A stretch of DNA of 64,000 nt from Macrostomum lignano (taxonomy: Eukaryota): positions 1-64,000 of the forward strand of contig NIVC01003789.1 in assembly GCA_002269645.1 (NCBI GenBank), read 5' to 3'. Under the pieces are notes generated by a model that searched no databases, was not told where the DNA came from, and worked only from the letters and a program-made list of their open reading frames with translations. Numbering within the stretch: the stretch's first letter is position 1; each line of letters opens with the position of its first letter. This document shows, piece after piece, positions 63,477-64,000 of the stretch. The translations under genes and the position numbers were made by a program.

Positions 63477-64000
63477 TGTGAAAATGATACTACTGTAATA
63501 TGAGAGAATGTAGCATGAGCAAAAGTGTGAGCGCGAAATGCACGTAACCTACCTCTCGGGTAGAACGTCGTCGGCGGGCGGCTCGACCGAGGTCTCGGTG
63601 AGGCTGTCGGCGTCATGAATCGGAAGGCAGCAGTAGGAGCAGCAGGGCGAGTGGTGAAGCGCCAGGGCGCGCCGATGCCGCACGGGCCGATCCTAGGCTG
63701 CCGTAGAAGGTGCGGCTTCGGTGACGCTTGAGCAGCAGCGGCAGCAGAGTCAGTAGTATGGAATGAGGGCGACGCCTTCGGAATAAACTGCAGAGTCGGC
63801 GGCTGGTCGCCGCAGCCGGCGACGTGGTCAGCAGGATGCTGCTGCTGTTCGTCGTCGCTACCGCTGCTGTAGACAATTAATCGCGGCAGCTTGTTAAGCA
63901 AGCCGCGCTGCTGGCTTGGTTCCGGCGTCTCATTGGCTATGATGCGCCGAGAGGGCGTTGCGCTGCTCGTCTGCGGCGTGCTGACATCTTCTAATAGCAT

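Noticed and set aside
63182-64000. 272-aa ORF as the first exon of the helicase-linked gene
   Set aside because: The donor at 63552 joins the downstream exon in frame only from a different reading frame that has a nearby stop; exon structure is unresolved at the window edge.

Overview
Eukaryotic genomic DNA with GC-rich spliced exons separated by AT-rich DNA and many minisatellites. The style resembles a flatworm such as Macrostomum, but that is inference only. Host genes I could reconstruct by hand: an SLC52 riboflavin transporter (3 exons, minus), a RING/B-box/coiled-coil/NHL Brat-like gene (6 exons, plus), a FoxL1-type forkhead gene (2 exons, plus) and two hypothetical genes. Mobile DNA: a rearranged Penelope-like relic carrying a minimal hammerhead ribozyme; an apparently intact Ngaro/DIRS tyrosine-recombinase retrotransposon with identical split direct repeats and an in-frame UGA between gag and RT, nested in a probable non-autonomous Helitron; a hAT MITE; a PHD-finger-bearing DNA transposase interrupted by a small LTR element; and a young 5'-truncated RNase H-containing LINE with a 9-bp TSD. 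The right-hand ~11 kb holds a compact, same-strand cluster of orphan ORFs including a CRESS/parvovirus-like SF3 helicase and a spliced C2H2 protein. It runs off the window end and is the best candidate for an undescribed endogenous virus-like element.
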